A stretch of DNA of 64,000 nt from Kiritimatiellia bacterium (GCA_050949565.1 JBMNFY010000008.1:128001-192000), one strand, 5' to 3'. Positions 11,068-19,953 are shown, numbered from the stretch's first letter. The notes: generated by a model from the letters alone, not told the origin. Program-made: numbers and translations.

Positions 11068-11759
11068 CCCTCAGCGCGGTCATCTTCGATCTTGATGGCA
11101 CGCTGGTCGATACCGAGTTGCTATGGGCGGAAGCGATGCGCGACTATCTGGCCGACCGCGGATGCATCCGTTCTAAATCCTGGATCCTCGACACCGTTTT
11201 CGGCCGATCTTGGCTCGACATCTATCACTCCATCATTGGCTTGCACCCCGCGCTGGCGCAGGTCTCGCCGCGCGACATGGCCGTCGATCTGCGAGCCTAC
11301 TACATACGGCTGCGAGAACAGGGCGACGGCATCGTGATTGCCTCCTCTGCGCGCCTGCTCAAAGATCTCGCGGCGACCTATCCGGTCATCATCGTGTCCG
11401 GCTCGCCGCGCGCGGACATCGAAGAGGCCGTCCGCCTGCTGGAGGCTGAACCGCATGTGCGGTTTGTGCTCGGCGCGGAGGACTACGCTCCGGGAAAACC
11501 CTCACCCGCAGGTTTTCTGGAGGGCGCGCGCCGCTTGGGCGTGCCTCCGCAAGAGTGCTTGGTTTTCGAAGACTCTGAAGCAGGCGTCGCTGCCGCCTGT
11601 GCCGCTGGCATGCGCTGCGTAGCGCTCGACCGACCCGGCGCGTATCCGCAAGACCTATCAGCGGCCGACTGGGTACTCAGCGACCTCGCGCAGTTTTCCG
11701 TCGATGCCCTTCAGAAACATCTCGCGCTTCAATCAAAAACCACGAAGGCCCGCACATGA
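11064..11759 (+). CDS. HAD family phosphatase (beta-PGM/CbbY-like)
   Basis: Start at the ATGA overlap ([18 protein letters not shown]); [13 protein letters not shown]. Confidence 0.9.
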   Translation: MTLSAVIFDLDGTLVDTELLWAEAMRDYLADRGCIRSKSWILDTVFGRSWLDIYHSIIGLHPALAQVSPRDMAVDLRAYYIRLREQGDGIVIASSARLLKDLAATYPVIIVSGSPRADIEEAVRLLEAEPHVRFVLGAEDYAPGKPSPAGFLEGARRLGVPPQECLVFEDSEAGVAAACAAGMRCVALDRPGAYPQDLSAADWVLSDLAQFSVDALQKHLALQSKTTKART

Positions 11760-12412
11760 CCCCGTCCGACATCCCCGCCGTCAACCGCAAACTGAAGGAG
11801 GCGTATCACCGTGTCAAGGCACCGATCGTCGATCTGCTGGCGATCCAGACTCGCGATCCGTTCCGCGTCCTGCTGGCCACCATCCTGAGCGCGCGAACCA
11901 AGGACGCCTGTACCGCAGCCGCCTGTGAACGGCTTTTCAAGGTCGTCACCACCCCCGACGACTTGCGCCGCATCAGCCAAGACGAGTTGGAGAAACTCAT
12001 CTACCCGGTCGGCTTCTATCGCAACAAGGCGCAACACCTGAAGGCACTGCCCGACGTTCTGGAGCAAAAATTTGGCGGCGTGCTCCCCGATACGGTCGAG
12101 GAGTTGTGCGAACTACCGGGCGTCGGCCGCAAAACGGCAAATCTCGTGGTGGCGCAGGGCTTTGGCAAGCCTGCCATCTGCGTAGACGTGCATGTTCACC
12201 GGATCACCAATCGTCTGGGACTGGTTCAGACCAAGACCCCGCTCGAGACCGAAATGGCGCTACGGCAGATTCTTCCGACCCGCTACTGGATCACCTGGAA
12301 CTCGTATCTGGTCGCCTTCGGGCAAACACGCTGCACCCCGCGTAACCCCCGCTGTGACGGCTGCCCCATCGCCGCCTACTGCGACGCCCGCGAAACGAAC
12401 GTTGAGCGTTGA
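11756..12412 (+). CDS. nth: Endonuclease III
   Basis: LSARTKD, HhH motif LPGVGRKTAN, VDVHVHR, C-terminal Cx6Cx2Cx5C 4Fe-4S motif. Confidence 0.93.
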   Translation: MTPSDIPAVNRKLKEAYHRVKAPIVDLLAIQTRDPFRVLLATILSARTKDACTAAACERLFKVVTTPDDLRRISQDELEKLIYPVGFYRNKAQHLKALPDVLEQKFGGVLPDTVEELCELPGVGRKTANLVVAQGFGKPAICVDVHVHRITNRLGLVQTKTPLETEMALRQILPTRYWITWNSYLVAFGQTRCTPRNPRCDGCPIAAYCDARETNVER

Positions 12413-12487
12413 GCGGTTCCTCCGGCATTGGAGGGCGAGTGTCCCCACGAGCCGCCTTCCGCGCTGTGCGCGGAGGGAAAGCCAGAT

Positions 12488-12536
12488 GTGGCACGGGCAT
12501 CTTGCCCGTGTTTCATGGGCGGGACGCCCATGCCAC
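12488..12536. repeat. GTGG-type REP doublet (copy 1)
   Basis: GTGGCACGGGCATCTTGCCCGTG-TTT-CATGGGCGGGACGCCCATGCCAC; identical copy at 34180-34228 and a half copy at 35335-35357. Confidence 0.9.
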
Positions 12537-12557
12537 GAGAGGCAAGGGCCTCAACCA

Positions 12558-12872
12558 TCAAAAGAAATCATCATCGGCGTCGGACTCGTCTTCTTCCTCC
12601 TCATCGGCACCGAACGCCATTTCGTCATCGCCCCACAGGTCATCATCCACGTCATCATCCGCGCCGTCGCTGGCAAACAGCCTGCTCCGCAACGCGCCCG
12701 AGCCATGCGCCGCCTCGCAAAACGGGCAGTCAAACTCGTCGCAGGTCACGCAATCCGCGGGTGAAAAGTCACGCGCATCGATTTCGCCGTCGAGCACCAA
12801 CGGACACGACCGCGCGGTCGGCCCCTGCGGTTTTCCACCTTCTGCTTCTCTGCCTTTTTCTACTTTACTCAT
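12558..12872 (-). CDS. Small Cys-rich protein with highly acidic C-terminal tail
   Basis: MSKVEKG...CPLV...CVTCDEFDCPFCE...DDDVDDD...EEEEDESDADDDFF; co-oriented downstream of rnc. Confidence 0.7.
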   Translation of the reverse strand: MSKVEKGREAEGGKPQGPTARSCPLVLDGEIDARDFSPADCVTCDEFDCPFCEAAHGSGALRSRLFASDGADDDVDDDLWGDDEMAFGADEEEEDESDADDDFF

Positions 12873-12925
12873 CGCTGTCACCACCTTCTTGGTCCGCAAT
12901 GCCGCCGCAGTCGCGCGGCCGGCTT

Positions 12926-13660
12926 TTACGGATCATCAATTGCTACACCTTTTTCAACCAACACCTTGAGCAACGCCGCCGCAGCGGCCTTTTCCGCAGC
13001 GCGTTTCGTCTTGCCTTCGCCAAATGCCTGATGACCGCCGTGTACGCGCGCAGCCACGCGATACTCGGGCGCATGCTGCGGCCCCGATGTCTGCACCAAT
13101 TCATACGTGGGCGAGTCCGGCCAAGCATAGTGTTGCGCGACCTCTTGCAACTTGCCTTTTGGGTTATCCCTTTCAGTGTCGATCGGAATATCCTCGCAAC
13201 CGGCCATGACGGTCTCGAAGACCGCTCCGGCGGCCGACAGCCCACCGTCGCACCATGCGGCACCGAACAGCGCCTCCATCGCGTCCGCCAGCGTATTGTC
13301 ATTCTCGCGCCCGCCCGCCGCCGCGTCACCGCGTCCCAGCCGCAACCAATCACCCACGCCGAGCCGACGCGCCATGTCTGCCAGCGCACGCCCGCTCGCC
13401 AGCAGGCTGCGACGAACGGTCAACATGCCCTCGTCCGCATCCGCATACCGCGCGAAAAGCCACTGCGCACACAAGAGCCCAAAGACCGCGTCGCCCAAAA
13501 ACTCCAGCCGCTGATTATCGCGGACTTCAGGCCCGGGGTGATCCGTACGGTAAGACGGCGCCGTCACCGCTGTTTGCAGCCACACCCGATCCTTGAACGC
13601 ATATCCCAGTTTCTGTTCCAACGCGTCCAAAGACGGCTCCACTTCATCCAAAAACGCCAC
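12926..13660 (-). CDS. rnc: Ribonuclease III
   Basis: NQRLEFLGDAV signature, LADAMEALFGA, C-terminal dsRBD (NPKGKLQE...GKTKRAAEKAAA). Confidence 0.95.
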   Translation of the reverse strand: MAFLDEVEPSLDALEQKLGYAFKDRVWLQTAVTAPSYRTDHPGPEVRDNQRLEFLGDAVFGLLCAQWLFARYADADEGMLTVRRSLLASGRALADMARRLGVGDWLRLGRGDAAAGGRENDNTLADAMEALFGAAWCDGGLSAAGAVFETVMAGCEDIPIDTERDNPKGKLQEVAQHYAWPDSPTYELVQTSGPQHAPEYRVAARVHGGHQAFGEGKTKRAAEKAAAAALLKVLVEKGVAIDDP

Positions 13661-13735
13661 ATCGACTCCTCAATACAAAGCACTTGTCCATGGCACGTTA
13701 TTGTGCCCAAAACGGCCGGTCAGTACAAGGCAATC

Positions 13736-13777
13736 CCTTATTGCGACCGCCCAGTGGTCGCAATGATGAGTGTAAAA
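13736..13777. repeat. Palindromic repeat ATTGCGACC-RCCCAGT-GGTCGCAAT plus conserved tail
   Basis: 42-bp unit also at 38287-38328 with 2 mismatches; a third, inverted variant is interrupted by the IS at 13821-13836 / 15294-15306. Confidence 0.88.
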
Positions 13778-13934
13778 ACGGGCGGGGCGCGGCTACGTGG
13801 TACAAGGTTTTAACCTCGTCTTTGTGACCACTGGGTCGCGGTCCGTCAAATAGAAAAGACACCGTAGGTTTTTTTGAGGCGGTGACGATCCGTCAAATAC
13901 TGGACACCGAGGGGGTCAAGGGACGAGGGGCTGG

Positions 13935-15194
13935 TCAACGGCGTGAAGGGTGGCCGAGTTCCGCGCCCTGTCCCGCCGGTATTCCGGCGGGACAGGGCGC
14001 GGAACCCGGGGTGGTCATCCCTTGCGCTTCGCGTTTGGCGAGCTTGTTCTGCTTGCGCAGGATCAGCGCGTATCGGCGGCGGATGTCCTCAAGGAGGCGG
14101 ATCGGATTGGTCTTTTCGCGGAGCGCGGTAAGACGCCGGATCACGGCGGGGTCCGCGTATCCCGACGCAATCACCCTGTCGAGGGGCGTGGCGGGCTTGT
14201 CGTAACGCTTGGAGAAGCCGTGCGAGTCCGGCCTTTTGGTTTTGGAGATGAGCCGCTTGCAGGGGCGGAAGAGGTTGTTGTACAGCGATATCTTCGCGCA
14301 CAGGACGTCCATGTCCTTCTTGAGCTCGATGCGGTCGATGCGCTCGTAGCCGAAATACTCGCGGACGACGGAGGCGTTCTTCTGCTCCACGCGGGCGTTG
14401 TCGTTCTTGTTCCCGGGGCGGGAACGGGTGAAGGCGAGGGGGCGGGGGCGGTCCCGCGCGTAGCCGAGCACGTGGGCGTTGAGGAACTCCAGCCCGCTGT
14501 CCGAGTGCATGGCCGTGAGCGGGAACGGGAACGCGGCCTCGGCGTCGGCGAGGCCTTCCTTGGTCGCGGCCGCGCCGCGGTTCCAGACGCAGCGCAGCTC
14601 CGTCCACTGCGTCAGGCGGTCCGTGAGCGTGAGGATCCAGAAGAAGTTGCCGCTCATGTCGCCCCCGCAGAGCGCGACCGTGTCGACCTGCGTGTCGCCG
14701 GGGGCGGCGGGCGGCAGCGCCTCGCCCGGGACGCAGGGGACGCTCGACGCCAGCGCGTTCGCCCCGCTGCGGCGGTTGCGGCGGCGCGGGGCCTCGCGCG
14801 GGTGCTTGCGGAGGATGCGCTCCATCGTCGACGCGCTCATGCGCAGAACCTGCGCCGCGGCCGCCTCGTCGACATGCTCGAGCTCGCGCAGCGCGGCCAT
14901 CTGGCGGTCCGCCACGGTCACAAGGTACTGGGGCGTCATGCGTCCCGAGGCGCGCCAGAGACGCAGGAACAGGGCTTCCGCCCCGGGCGTGTACGTCTTC
15001 CCGCGCCCGGCGTGATCGCGGTACTTCCGGTTGCCGGTCAGCAGCCGGATGGCGTATTTGCGCTCGGCCCCCGTGACCTGGCAGAAGTCGTCGATCGCGG
15101 CACTCTTGGCCTTCTTGCTCTTCAGTTTTGAATAGGCGCGACGCTTCGCGCCGACGTATTCCATCGTGGCTTTCCGTGACATCTCGTTTCTCAT
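13935..15194 (-). CDS. DDE transposase with integrase (rve) core
   Basis: N-terminal KSAAIDDFCQVTGAERKYAIRLL helix-turn-helix; catalytic QVD, HSDSGLEFLN, NDNARVEQKN; start could be 15194 or 15182. Confidence 0.92.
   Translation of the reverse strand: MRNEMSRKATMEYVGAKRRAYSKLKSKKAKSAAIDDFCQVTGAERKYAIRLLTGNRKYRDHAGRGKTYTPGAEALFLRLWRASGRMTPQYLVTVADRQMAALRELEHVDEAAAAQVLRMSASTMERILRKHPREAPRRRNRRSGANALASSVPCVPGEALPPAAPGDTQVDTVALCGGDMSGNFFWILTLTDRLTQWTELRCVWNRGAAATKEGLADAEAAFPFPLTAMHSDSGLEFLNAHVLGYARDRPRPLAFTRSRPGNKNDNARVEQKNASVVREYFGYERIDRIELKKDMDVLCAKISLYNNLFRPCKRLISKTKRPDSHGFSKRYDKPATPLDRVIASGYADPAVIRRLTALREKTNPIRLLEDIRRRYALILRKQNKLAKREAQGMTTPGSAPCPAGIPAGQGAELGHPSRR
13958..14005. other. Perfect 22-bp hairpin inside the 3' end of the transposase gene
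   Basis: GTTCCGCGCCCTGTCCCGCCGG-TATT-CCGGCGGGACAGGGCGCGGAAC. Confidence 0.9.
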
Positions 15195-15319
15195 GCGAGC
15201 CGATTCTAGCACGGTGTCCAGTATTTGACGGATGCGCTTGATTTCCGGACACCGCGATTTTGGCTACGGTGTCCATGACTATGACATACCGCGGGGTGGT
15301 CACAAAAACACATCGAAGC

Positions 15320-15348
15320 TTGACGATACCCCCTGAATCCGAGACAAT
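15320..15348 (+). promoter_or_regulatory. Putative sigma70 promoter of the tetR-rlmN-recD2 operon
   Basis: TTGACG-17 bp-GACAAT about 40 bp upstream of the ATG. Confidence 0.55.
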
Positions 15349-15389
15349 GAAACTTTGCACTTAAGGACTCTTTTCGGGAGCAGAAGCAG

Positions 15390-16022
15390 ATGGGTATCGT
15401 CATCGACCATGAGGCGCGCAAGCGCGTCATCATCGAAAAATCAGTCAAACTCTTTGCGGAGCAAGGGTATGACGGCGTCACCTATCAAAAAATCGCGGAC
15501 CGCTGCGCCATCGCCCGTACGACCCTCTACAAGTATTTCCGGAACAAGCGCGAAATCTTTAACACGGCAATCTGGGAAGTCTCCCACCTGCTGGTCGACC
15601 GCTTCGACGAGATCCTCTCCTCCAAAACCAGCGCACTCGCCCGGCTCGAACGCATCATGGTAGCTGTGGTCCAACTCCTGTTTGAGCAACGTGTCATGTT
15701 GACGGTCATCCTTGATTACATGTTGGCATCGCAACGTGCCGGACATGACTTGTCGCGAAACATCCGCAGCCACACCATCGGCCTACGACGCATCATGCAC
15801 AGCCTGATCACTGAAGGTGTCCGTCGCGGCGAACTACGCAAGCTCAGCCCCGGCCTCACGACCAACTTGGTGTACGCCCAACTGGAGGCGACCGTCCTAC
15901 GATTGACCGTCAGCCAGAATGCCGATTATGATCGGATTATCTCAATGTTCCAACAGACCATCGAAGCCCTTAAGGCACCGGGCGCGCATAACGCGAAAAG
16001 CAACCGCAGTAAAGTATCATGA
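15390..16022 (+). CDS. TetR/AcrR family transcriptional regulator
   Basis: LFAEQGYDGVTYQKIADRCAIARTTLYKYFRNKREI helix-turn-helix. Confidence 0.92.
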   Translation: MGIVIDHEARKRVIIEKSVKLFAEQGYDGVTYQKIADRCAIARTTLYKYFRNKREIFNTAIWEVSHLLVDRFDEILSSKTSALARLERIMVAVVQLLFEQRVMLTVILDYMLASQRAGHDLSRNIRSHTIGLRRIMHSLITEGVRRGELRKLSPGLTTNLVYAQLEATVLRLTVSQNADYDRIISMFQQTIEALKAPGAHNAKSNRSKVS

Positions 16023-16495
16023 CCCGTCGTATCCAAACAACCGTTGCGCTCTGCGCCGTATGCGCGGGATGCGTGTTCGCTGCCGACAGCGATGAGACGA
16101 CGTACTCGTCGCGCGCCTACGCACCACGCAAATCCGGTAACGCCAAAACCTACCAGGCATCGACGTACAAATCCGCACGTGCGCCGCATACAGTCGGTAA
16201 GTCGCTGACAACATCCCCCTCAAAACGCCGGTGGAACCCATTCCGTCGCAACAAAACGCTTGAGGATGCGCCGCGCACCGAGGCACCAAAACGTATTGAG
16301 GAAACGCCGTACCAGCAACAGAAGCACATCGCCGTCTCGACCCTCAAACCCGATCCCAACGCCGTTCAGGAGCGCAAGCCGTTTGTCGCGTCTGAAAAAG
16401 ACGTGCCCAATGCCGGTTTCACGCCGGCTGAAAAATCCGGCTGGAAAAACCCAATGCTCAAGCCGCGGCAAGGCATCAAGGACACCGCCGAGTGA
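16019..16495 (+). CDS. Hypothetical secreted basic protein
   Basis: Signal-peptide-like N-terminus; overlaps both neighbours (ATGA, GTGA). Confidence 0.7.
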   Translation: MTRRIQTTVALCAVCAGCVFAADSDETTYSSRAYAPRKSGNAKTYQASTYKSARAPHTVGKSLTTSPSKRRWNPFRRNKTLEDAPRTEAPKRIEETPYQQQKHIAVSTLKPDPNAVQERKPFVASEKDVPNAGFTPAEKSGWKNPMLKPRQGIKDTAE

Positions 16496-17604
16496 ATGCA
16501 ACGCCCCATCCCTCCGCCTGGGGTTTGCTGCCCGAAGAATGGAAGCCGCTGTGCAAGGAACTGGGGTTGCCATCTTTCCGCGCCACACAGATCGTCACCG
16601 GGCTCTACCAAACCTTTGCCCTCTCGTGGAACGACATCACCACGCTACCGGTCGAGTTGCGTGAGCAACTCAGCCAAACCATCGATCTGACCCCGCTTGA
16701 GATCGCGCACATCCAGCACGCCGGCGATGATGTCCGCAAGCTGCTCCTGCGCTGTCAGGACGGCGCGTGCATCGAGACGGTCATGATCCCCTCCAAAGGC
16801 CGTCTCACGCAATGTATCTCCTCGCAAGTCGGCTGCAACTTCCGCTGTGCGTTTTGCGCCAGCGGACAGCGCGGGTGCGTCCGCAGCCTGACCGCTGGCG
16901 AGATCGTCGGTCAAGTGATGGCCGCCTGCCAGCTCATGCGCGCCGACCAGCAGGCCGCTGGCGTCCCCGCGACCGGCGGCACCCCATCCCGTACCCCCGG
17001 CGCGAAGCCCACCCTGCCGCGTCCCGGCAACATCGTCGTCATGGGCATGGGCGAGCCGTTTGACAACTACGACAACGTCCTGCGCGCCTTGCGCATTCTC
17101 AACGACCAGAAGGGCATCAACATCGGCGCGCGCCATATCACGATCAGCACCTGCGGCGTTGTGCCGGGCATCCAGCGCCTGGCCGAAGAGGGTGTCCAGT
17201 TCGAGTTGTCGGTCTCGCTGCACGCGCCGAACGACGAACTGCGCAACCAGTTGATGCCAGTAAACCGGCGCTGGCCCGTGGCGGAACTGATCGCAACCTG
17301 CCGCGATTATTTTGAAAAGACCGGACGCATCGTCACCTTTGAGTACACGCTGGTCAAAGACTTCAACGACCGTCTGCAACACGCCGACGCCCTCATCCGC
17401 CTGTTGCGCGGCATGCCTTGTAAAGTCAACCTCATCCCGCTCAGTCCGGTCGATGGCTTTGACGGCACGCCGCCCCTCGAACGAGACAGCCTCGCTTTTC
17501 TCGATCGGTTGCTCAAAGCCAAACTCGCCACCACGCTGCGGAAATCACGCGGCAAAGAGGTGGACGCCGCCTGCGGGCAGCTTCGCTTACGAACCCTCAC
17601 ATGA
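16492..17604 (+). CDS. rlmN: 23S rRNA m2A2503 methyltransferase RlmN (radical SAM)
   Basis: CISSQVGCNFRCAFCASG, VVMGMGEP, SLHAPND, VNLIP, AACGQL. Confidence 0.95.
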   Translation: MNATPHPSAWGLLPEEWKPLCKELGLPSFRATQIVTGLYQTFALSWNDITTLPVELREQLSQTIDLTPLEIAHIQHAGDDVRKLLLRCQDGACIETVMIPSKGRLTQCISSQVGCNFRCAFCASGQRGCVRSLTAGEIVGQVMAACQLMRADQQAAGVPATGGTPSRTPGAKPTLPRPGNIVVMGMGEPFDNYDNVLRALRILNDQKGINIGARHITISTCGVVPGIQRLAEEGVQFELSVSLHAPNDELRNQLMPVNRRWPVAELIATCRDYFEKTGRIVTFEYTLVKDFNDRLQHADALIRLLRGMPCKVNLIPLSPVDGFDGTPPLERDSLAFLDRLLKAKLATTLRKSRGKEVDAACGQLRLRTLT

Positions 17605-19817
17605 ACGCGAACCCACAGCACAACGAATCCCAAGCGGTGAATGCCGACGCCCCGTCGCTCGAAACCGTTACCGGCAGTGTAGAGTCGATCGTCTTCAGAA
17701 ACGACGAGACCGGCTACACCGTCTGCTCGGTGAAGACGCAGGGCGACGGCGACCGCCAGTACGACGCCGTCGTGACCGTTGTGGGCTCCTGTGCGGCCAT
17801 CTGGGAAGGCGAGGAGATCCACGCGGAAGGCGAGTGGGTGCGCCACCCGTCGCACGGCCAACAGTTTCAGGCGAAGACCATCACCTGCATCACGCCGACC
17901 TCGACCGAAGGAATACGGCGCTATCTGGCCAGCGGTATGATTAAAGGCATCGGCCCCAAATTCGCGCAGCGCATTGTCGACCACTTCGGCGAGCGCACAC
18001 TGGAAGTGATCGATAAAGAGTCCGGTCGCCTGCGCGAGGTCGAGGGCATCGGCGAAAGACGCCGCAAGCTCATCAAAGAGTCGTGGACCGAACAGCGCGA
18101 CGTGCGCGAGATCATGATTTTTCTCCAGTCGCACGGTATCGGTACCGCCAAGGCATCGCGCATCTACCGGCAATACGGCGCCGACGCGATTGCCATCGTC
18201 AAGCGCAACCCCTACCGTCTCTGCGAAGATGTGTGGGGCATCGGCTTCAAGACTGCCGATGCCATCGCGCTCAGCGTAGGCATCCCGCACGATTCCGAGG
18301 TCCGCGCACGCGCCGGTCTGATCTATACCTTGCAGACCGAATCCGATGAAGGTCACTGCTTCACCCCCGAGCCCGATCTGTTGCTGCACGCGCAGGCGTT
18401 GCTCGACATCACCGTCGAGATCCTGGGCGACGCACTGAGCAAAGAGTTCGAGAAGGGCACGCTCGTCAAAGAAGAGGATCGCATCTATCTGCGCGACCTG
18501 TTCCGCGCCGAAACGCGTGTCGCGGCCAGCCTGACCCGTCTGCTCGACGCCCCGCAGCCGTTCGCGCCGATCGATGCCACCGTCGCTATTCCATGGGCCG
18601 AACGCAAGATGGGGTTGAATCTCGCCCCGTTGCAGCGCGAAGCCCTGCGCAACGCCGTCACATCGAAAGTCTCGATCATCACCGGCGGCCCCGGCGTCGG
18701 CAAAACCACAATCATCCGCGCGCTGACCGAAATCTTCGGTGCGCGCAAAATGGACATCCGGCTCGCCGCTCCGACCGGGCGCGCTGCGAAACGCATGTCC
18801 GAAGCGACCGGCCGCGAAGCCCAAACCATCCATCGTTTGCTCAAGTTCAACCCGAGTGTCGGCGGCTTTGAATTCAACATCGACAATCCGCTGGGCGGCG
18901 ATTGCTTCATCTTGGACGAGACCTCGATGATCGACATCCGGCTCATGGATCAGTTTCTACAGGCCCTGCCCGACTCCGCCACGCTGATCTTAGTCGGCGA
19001 CACCGACCAGCTTCCGAGCGTCGGCCCCGGCAATGTCCTGCGTGACCTGATCGCCTCCGGTCAAATCCCCTGCTGCCGGCTCGACACCATCTTCCGCCAG
19101 GACACCTCTGGGCTGATCGTGCGCAACGCCCACCATGTCAACCACGGCGAACCGTTCGAAACGCACACCGGCGACAGCGACTTCTACTTTGTGGAAACCG
19201 GCGATCCCGAAAGGATCATCGCGCGGACAGTCGAGCTGATGACCAACCGTATCCCCGTGAAATTCAAGCTCGATCCGCTCGCTGACGTACAAGTGCTGAC
19301 GCCCATGCGTCGCAACCTGCTGGGCACCGAAAATTTAAACAGCGTGATCCAGACCGCGCTCAATCCGTCAGGCCCCTCACTGGTACGCGGCTGCACACAC
19401 TTCCGGGTCAATGACCGCGTCATGCAGTTGCGCAACAACTACGACAAAGAGGTCTTCAATGGCGACATCGGCTTCATCAAACAGGTAGATGCAGAAGACC
19501 GCGCGCTGATCGTTTTGTTTGATGGGCGGCCCGTTCGTTACGCGCAGAGCGAACTCGACGAGCTGGTGCTGGCCTACGCCTGCTCGATCCACAAATCCCA
19601 AGGCAGCGAATATCCCGCCGTGATCGTGCTGCTCCACACGCAGCACTTCAAGCTGCTTCAGCGGAACCTGCTCTACACCGCCATCACACGCGGCAAGCGG
19701 CTGGTCATGGTGGTCGGCTCCTCCCGCGCCGTAAACATCGCGATCAAAGCCAACCAAGTCCGCGAGCGGCGCACCTCGCTACGCGAGCGGCTGCGGGGCG
19801 CGATTCAACGGGGTTGA
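17601..19817 (+). CDS. recD2: ATP-dependent RecD-like helicase RecD2
   Basis: N-terminal OB-like region, IKGIGPK HhH, GGPGVGKTT, APTGRAAKR, DETSM, QLPSVGPG, HKSQGSEY, LYTAITR. Confidence 0.94.
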   Translation: MNANPQHNESQAVNADAPSLETVTGSVESIVFRNDETGYTVCSVKTQGDGDRQYDAVVTVVGSCAAIWEGEEIHAEGEWVRHPSHGQQFQAKTITCITPTSTEGIRRYLASGMIKGIGPKFAQRIVDHFGERTLEVIDKESGRLREVEGIGERRRKLIKESWTEQRDVREIMIFLQSHGIGTAKASRIYRQYGADAIAIVKRNPYRLCEDVWGIGFKTADAIALSVGIPHDSEVRARAGLIYTLQTESDEGHCFTPEPDLLLHAQALLDITVEILGDALSKEFEKGTLVKEEDRIYLRDLFRAETRVAASLTRLLDAPQPFAPIDATVAIPWAERKMGLNLAPLQREALRNAVTSKVSIITGGPGVGKTTIIRALTEIFGARKMDIRLAAPTGRAAKRMSEATGREAQTIHRLLKFNPSVGGFEFNIDNPLGGDCFILDETSMIDIRLMDQFLQALPDSATLILVGDTDQLPSVGPGNVLRDLIASGQIPCCRLDTIFRQDTSGLIVRNAHHVNHGEPFETHTGDSDFYFVETGDPERIIARTVELMTNRIPVKFKLDPLADVQVLTPMRRNLLGTENLNSVIQTALNPSGPSLVRGCTHFRVNDRVMQLRNNYDKEVFNGDIGFIKQVDAEDRALIVLFDGRPVRYAQSELDELVLAYACSIHKSQGSEYPAVIVLLHTQHFKLLQRNLLYTAITRGKRLVMVVGSSRAVNIAIKANQVRERRTSLRERLRGAIQRG

Positions 19818-19834
19818 ATCGCGTTCCGCAGCCG

Positions 19835-19953
19835 AAGGAGAATTTAGGATTTAGGAGTTAGGAGTTTTTTACTTCAGAGTTCGACGTTCAGCGTTCAGCG
19901 TTCTGAGTTGAAAAACTTTTAACGTTCAACTTTCAACTTTTAACGCTCAAGTT
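19835..19953. repeat. Composite heptamer repeat block (TTTAGGA)n-(TTCAGCG)n-(AACTTTC)n
   Basis: Inverted related copies at 24961-25066 and 41310-41375; TTTAGGA sub-block also at 22721-22758, 26579-26610 and 26845-26875. Confidence 0.85.

Larger units (their letters stand above)
13837..15293 (-). mobile_element. Insertion sequence, 1457 bp, single DDE transposase (ISNCY / ISLbi1-like by recall of the family)
   Basis: Imperfect outer IRs CGCGGT..GTCA...GACACCGTAG (13837-13867 / 15264-15293); perfect inner 22-bp IR ATCCGTCAAATACTGGACACCG (13888-13909 / 15212-15233); flanking 4-bp direct repeat GGGT; visibly higher GC than the flanks. Confidence 0.9.

Noticed and set aside
12428-13813. 461-aa plus-strand ORF
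   Set aside because: Antisense to rnc and spans REP elements; no motifs.
13888-15233. Perfect 22-bp IR taken as the element ends
   Set aside because: No flanking direct repeat, and related outer IRs with a duplication exist 51-60 bp further out.
13823-15304. TGT...ACA (Tn7/IS481-like) termini for the IS
   Set aside because: No target duplication outside them. They are better explained as the two arms of the split target hairpin, with a GGGT duplication inside.
13950-15360. Overlapping 393-aa (+) and 423-aa (-) ORFs in the IS
   Set aside because: Alternative-frame artefacts of very high GC; no recognisable domains.
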